From: Octopus sinensis
Lineage: Eukaryota
Direction: 5' to 3'
Assembly (NCBI RefSeq): GCF_006345805.1
Contig: NC_043001.1
Coordinates: forward strand, 14,694,001 to 14,758,000
DNA length: 64,000 bases
Part shown: in pieces, positions 62,259-64,000 of the stretch
Numbering within the stretch: position 1 is the stretch's first letter
How the letters are laid out: each line of letters starts with the position of its first letter
Made by a program: the position numbers and the translations under genes
The notes under the pieces: model-generated
Seen by the model: only the letters and a program-made list of their open reading frames with translations
What the model was told of the DNA's origin: nothing
The model's database searches: none

Positions 62259-63228
62259 GGATCTTTTCTTTTTGAAGACCAGATTTTCCTAGTTAACTAA
62301 AAAATTTGAAACTTCGTATACTGGTAGAATGTGTCAAAAGAAAACATTAGTGTAAACAAAATTGAAAACAAAATTGTAATTTGTAACTTAAACGTAGTTT
62401 AATTTTTACGAATTTTAACCAATGAAATCCCAACATCTTCGAATATTAACCAATGAAATCCCAACATTGCTACGTTATCGATATTGATAAAGAAATATAG
62501 CAGACGCACGACACACACACACACATTTGCACAAGCACATAGTAATTAATATATAAGCGTACACACACATACAAACGGACATATACATACACACACATAC
62601 GCACACAAGCAAAAATACACGTTGTGTTTTGCCACTTGCCGCAACAAATTTGCACAGAAGGGGGGGGGGTCAATGTTTCATCGTTTCGGGGTCGATAAAT
62701 TAAGTACCAATTACGCACTGGTGTCGAGGATTTTTTTCCCAATTTATATCACAGCTTCCGACAAGCTGGGGGCATCTTTTATGAAAAAATATTTCGCAAA
62801 TTTTTACAATACGACTCACACTCCACGCTCAAACTCGAGACCGATTTAGGCATATTATTGTTTTGTTTTTGTTGTTTCTGGCCCTTCAAAACCATGGGAG
62901 AAGCCTTTTCGGTAAAAAAAAAAGAAAGAAAATATTCAAAAAATATCGTTAATATTTTTATTGGGCGACGAAATTAATCGATTTAAGAGATATAGCTGTT
63001 ATTTCTAGCACATGTAGAAGACACAAGAAGAGGTAAATAATTTGAGCTCGAATGCTGCGATTCCATTGGTTAAAATTCTTGAAATTAAACTACGTTTAAG
63101 TTACGAATTACAATTTTGTTTTCAATTTTGTTTACAATAATGTTTTCTTTTGACACATTCTACCAGTATACGAAGTTTCAAATTGTTTAGTTAACTAGGA
63201 AAATCTGGCCTTCAAAAAGAAAAGATCC
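62259..63228. mobile_element. Merlin-like element M7 with ~175-bp TIRs
   Basis: GGATCTTTTCTTTTTGAAG / CTTCAAAAAGAAAAGATCC; perfect 8-bp TSD ACATTTTT; the interior holds (CA)n and a SINE A fragment. Confidence 0.9.
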
Positions 63229-63701
63229 ACATTTTTGCATAATAGCAACGATGGTCACTTCGGCCTGACCGCGGCCACGCTCACGTTGTTTTTGTCTTTG
63301 CCGTTGAAGGCTTTTTTCATTTACGCCAGCCAAGATAAGTTAAAAATTGTCTAAAGTCGTAAGACGCTCCTGTCCTTGTACTGTCCACCTTCGTGTTTTT
63401 TATTTCTGTTTTTTATATATATTTTTGTTTCTTGTATTTACATTCGTGTGGTATCCTGTCTTTGTTCCGTATACATTCGACCCTCTTTCCAAGAAATTCA
63501 ATGCCTGTGGCTTGGATTTTCCTTGGGGCTGGCCGGATCGGAGTGATATCGAGATTAAACAGCCGAAATTACTAAGATGATCCGGTTCCCGACTGAAGAT
63601 TAGAGGCTTCGAGTGACCTGTCGGTTTTTTGTGTCGTCTCCTTGTGTGTTTTTGCGTTCTTGTCCCACTTTGTAATTTATATTTTATATTAAATTCTATA
63701 C

Positions 63702-63750
<49 letters not shown>

Positions 63751-63962
63751 TGTATGTATGTATGTATGTATGTATGTGTGTGTGTGTGTGTGTGTGTTGT
63801 GTGTGTGTGTGTATCAAAATAAGCAACAAGGATATCCAGAGGTAATGCGGCACGATCGTTTCATGAGACTCCATTTGATTTTAATCACCTTATTTTGAAA
63901 TTGCATGGATAATACCATACTAAATTCTGGTGTCTCAACTTAAGTACCATATTCATCTGAAT

Positions 63963-64000
<38 letters not shown>

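Noticed and set aside
63835-63898. piggyBac transposase remnant (VMRHDRF)
   Set aside because: Too short to distinguish from chance similarity.

Overview
A 64-kb, AT-rich, repeat-saturated animal genomic window. It is most likely an octopus/coleoid cephalopod, inferred only from the repeat landscape (dense TA/CA/GATA microsatellites, several tRNA-derived SINE families). I find no host protein-coding gene that I can support, so it looks intergenic or intronic. Nearly all ORFs in the track are translated microsatellites or antisense repeat reads. Contents: (i) at least five tRNA-derived SINE families, one of which inserts as head-to-tail multimers bounded by a single TSD; (ii) decayed LINE fragments (two RTE-type, one R4/Dong-like RT); (iii) a full-length but dead mariner, its deletion derivative and other Tc1/mariner, pogo and Tc2-like remnants; (iv) non-autonomous Helitrons and a RepHel fragment; (v) a GG-terminated, 8-bp-TSD (Merlin-like) MITE group, several copies carrying TTAGGG repeats; (vi) at least seven minimal hammerhead-ribozyme-like motifs of several sequence types, in short Penelope-like elements next to microsatellites; (vii) two SINE-bounded local tandem duplications and several strong fold-back structures. 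The most interesting candidates are the microsatellite-associated hammerhead elements, the multimer-inserting SINE and the telomere-repeat-carrying MITEs. All coordinates and alignments were read by eye; family names are provisional until checked against Dfam/Repbase.
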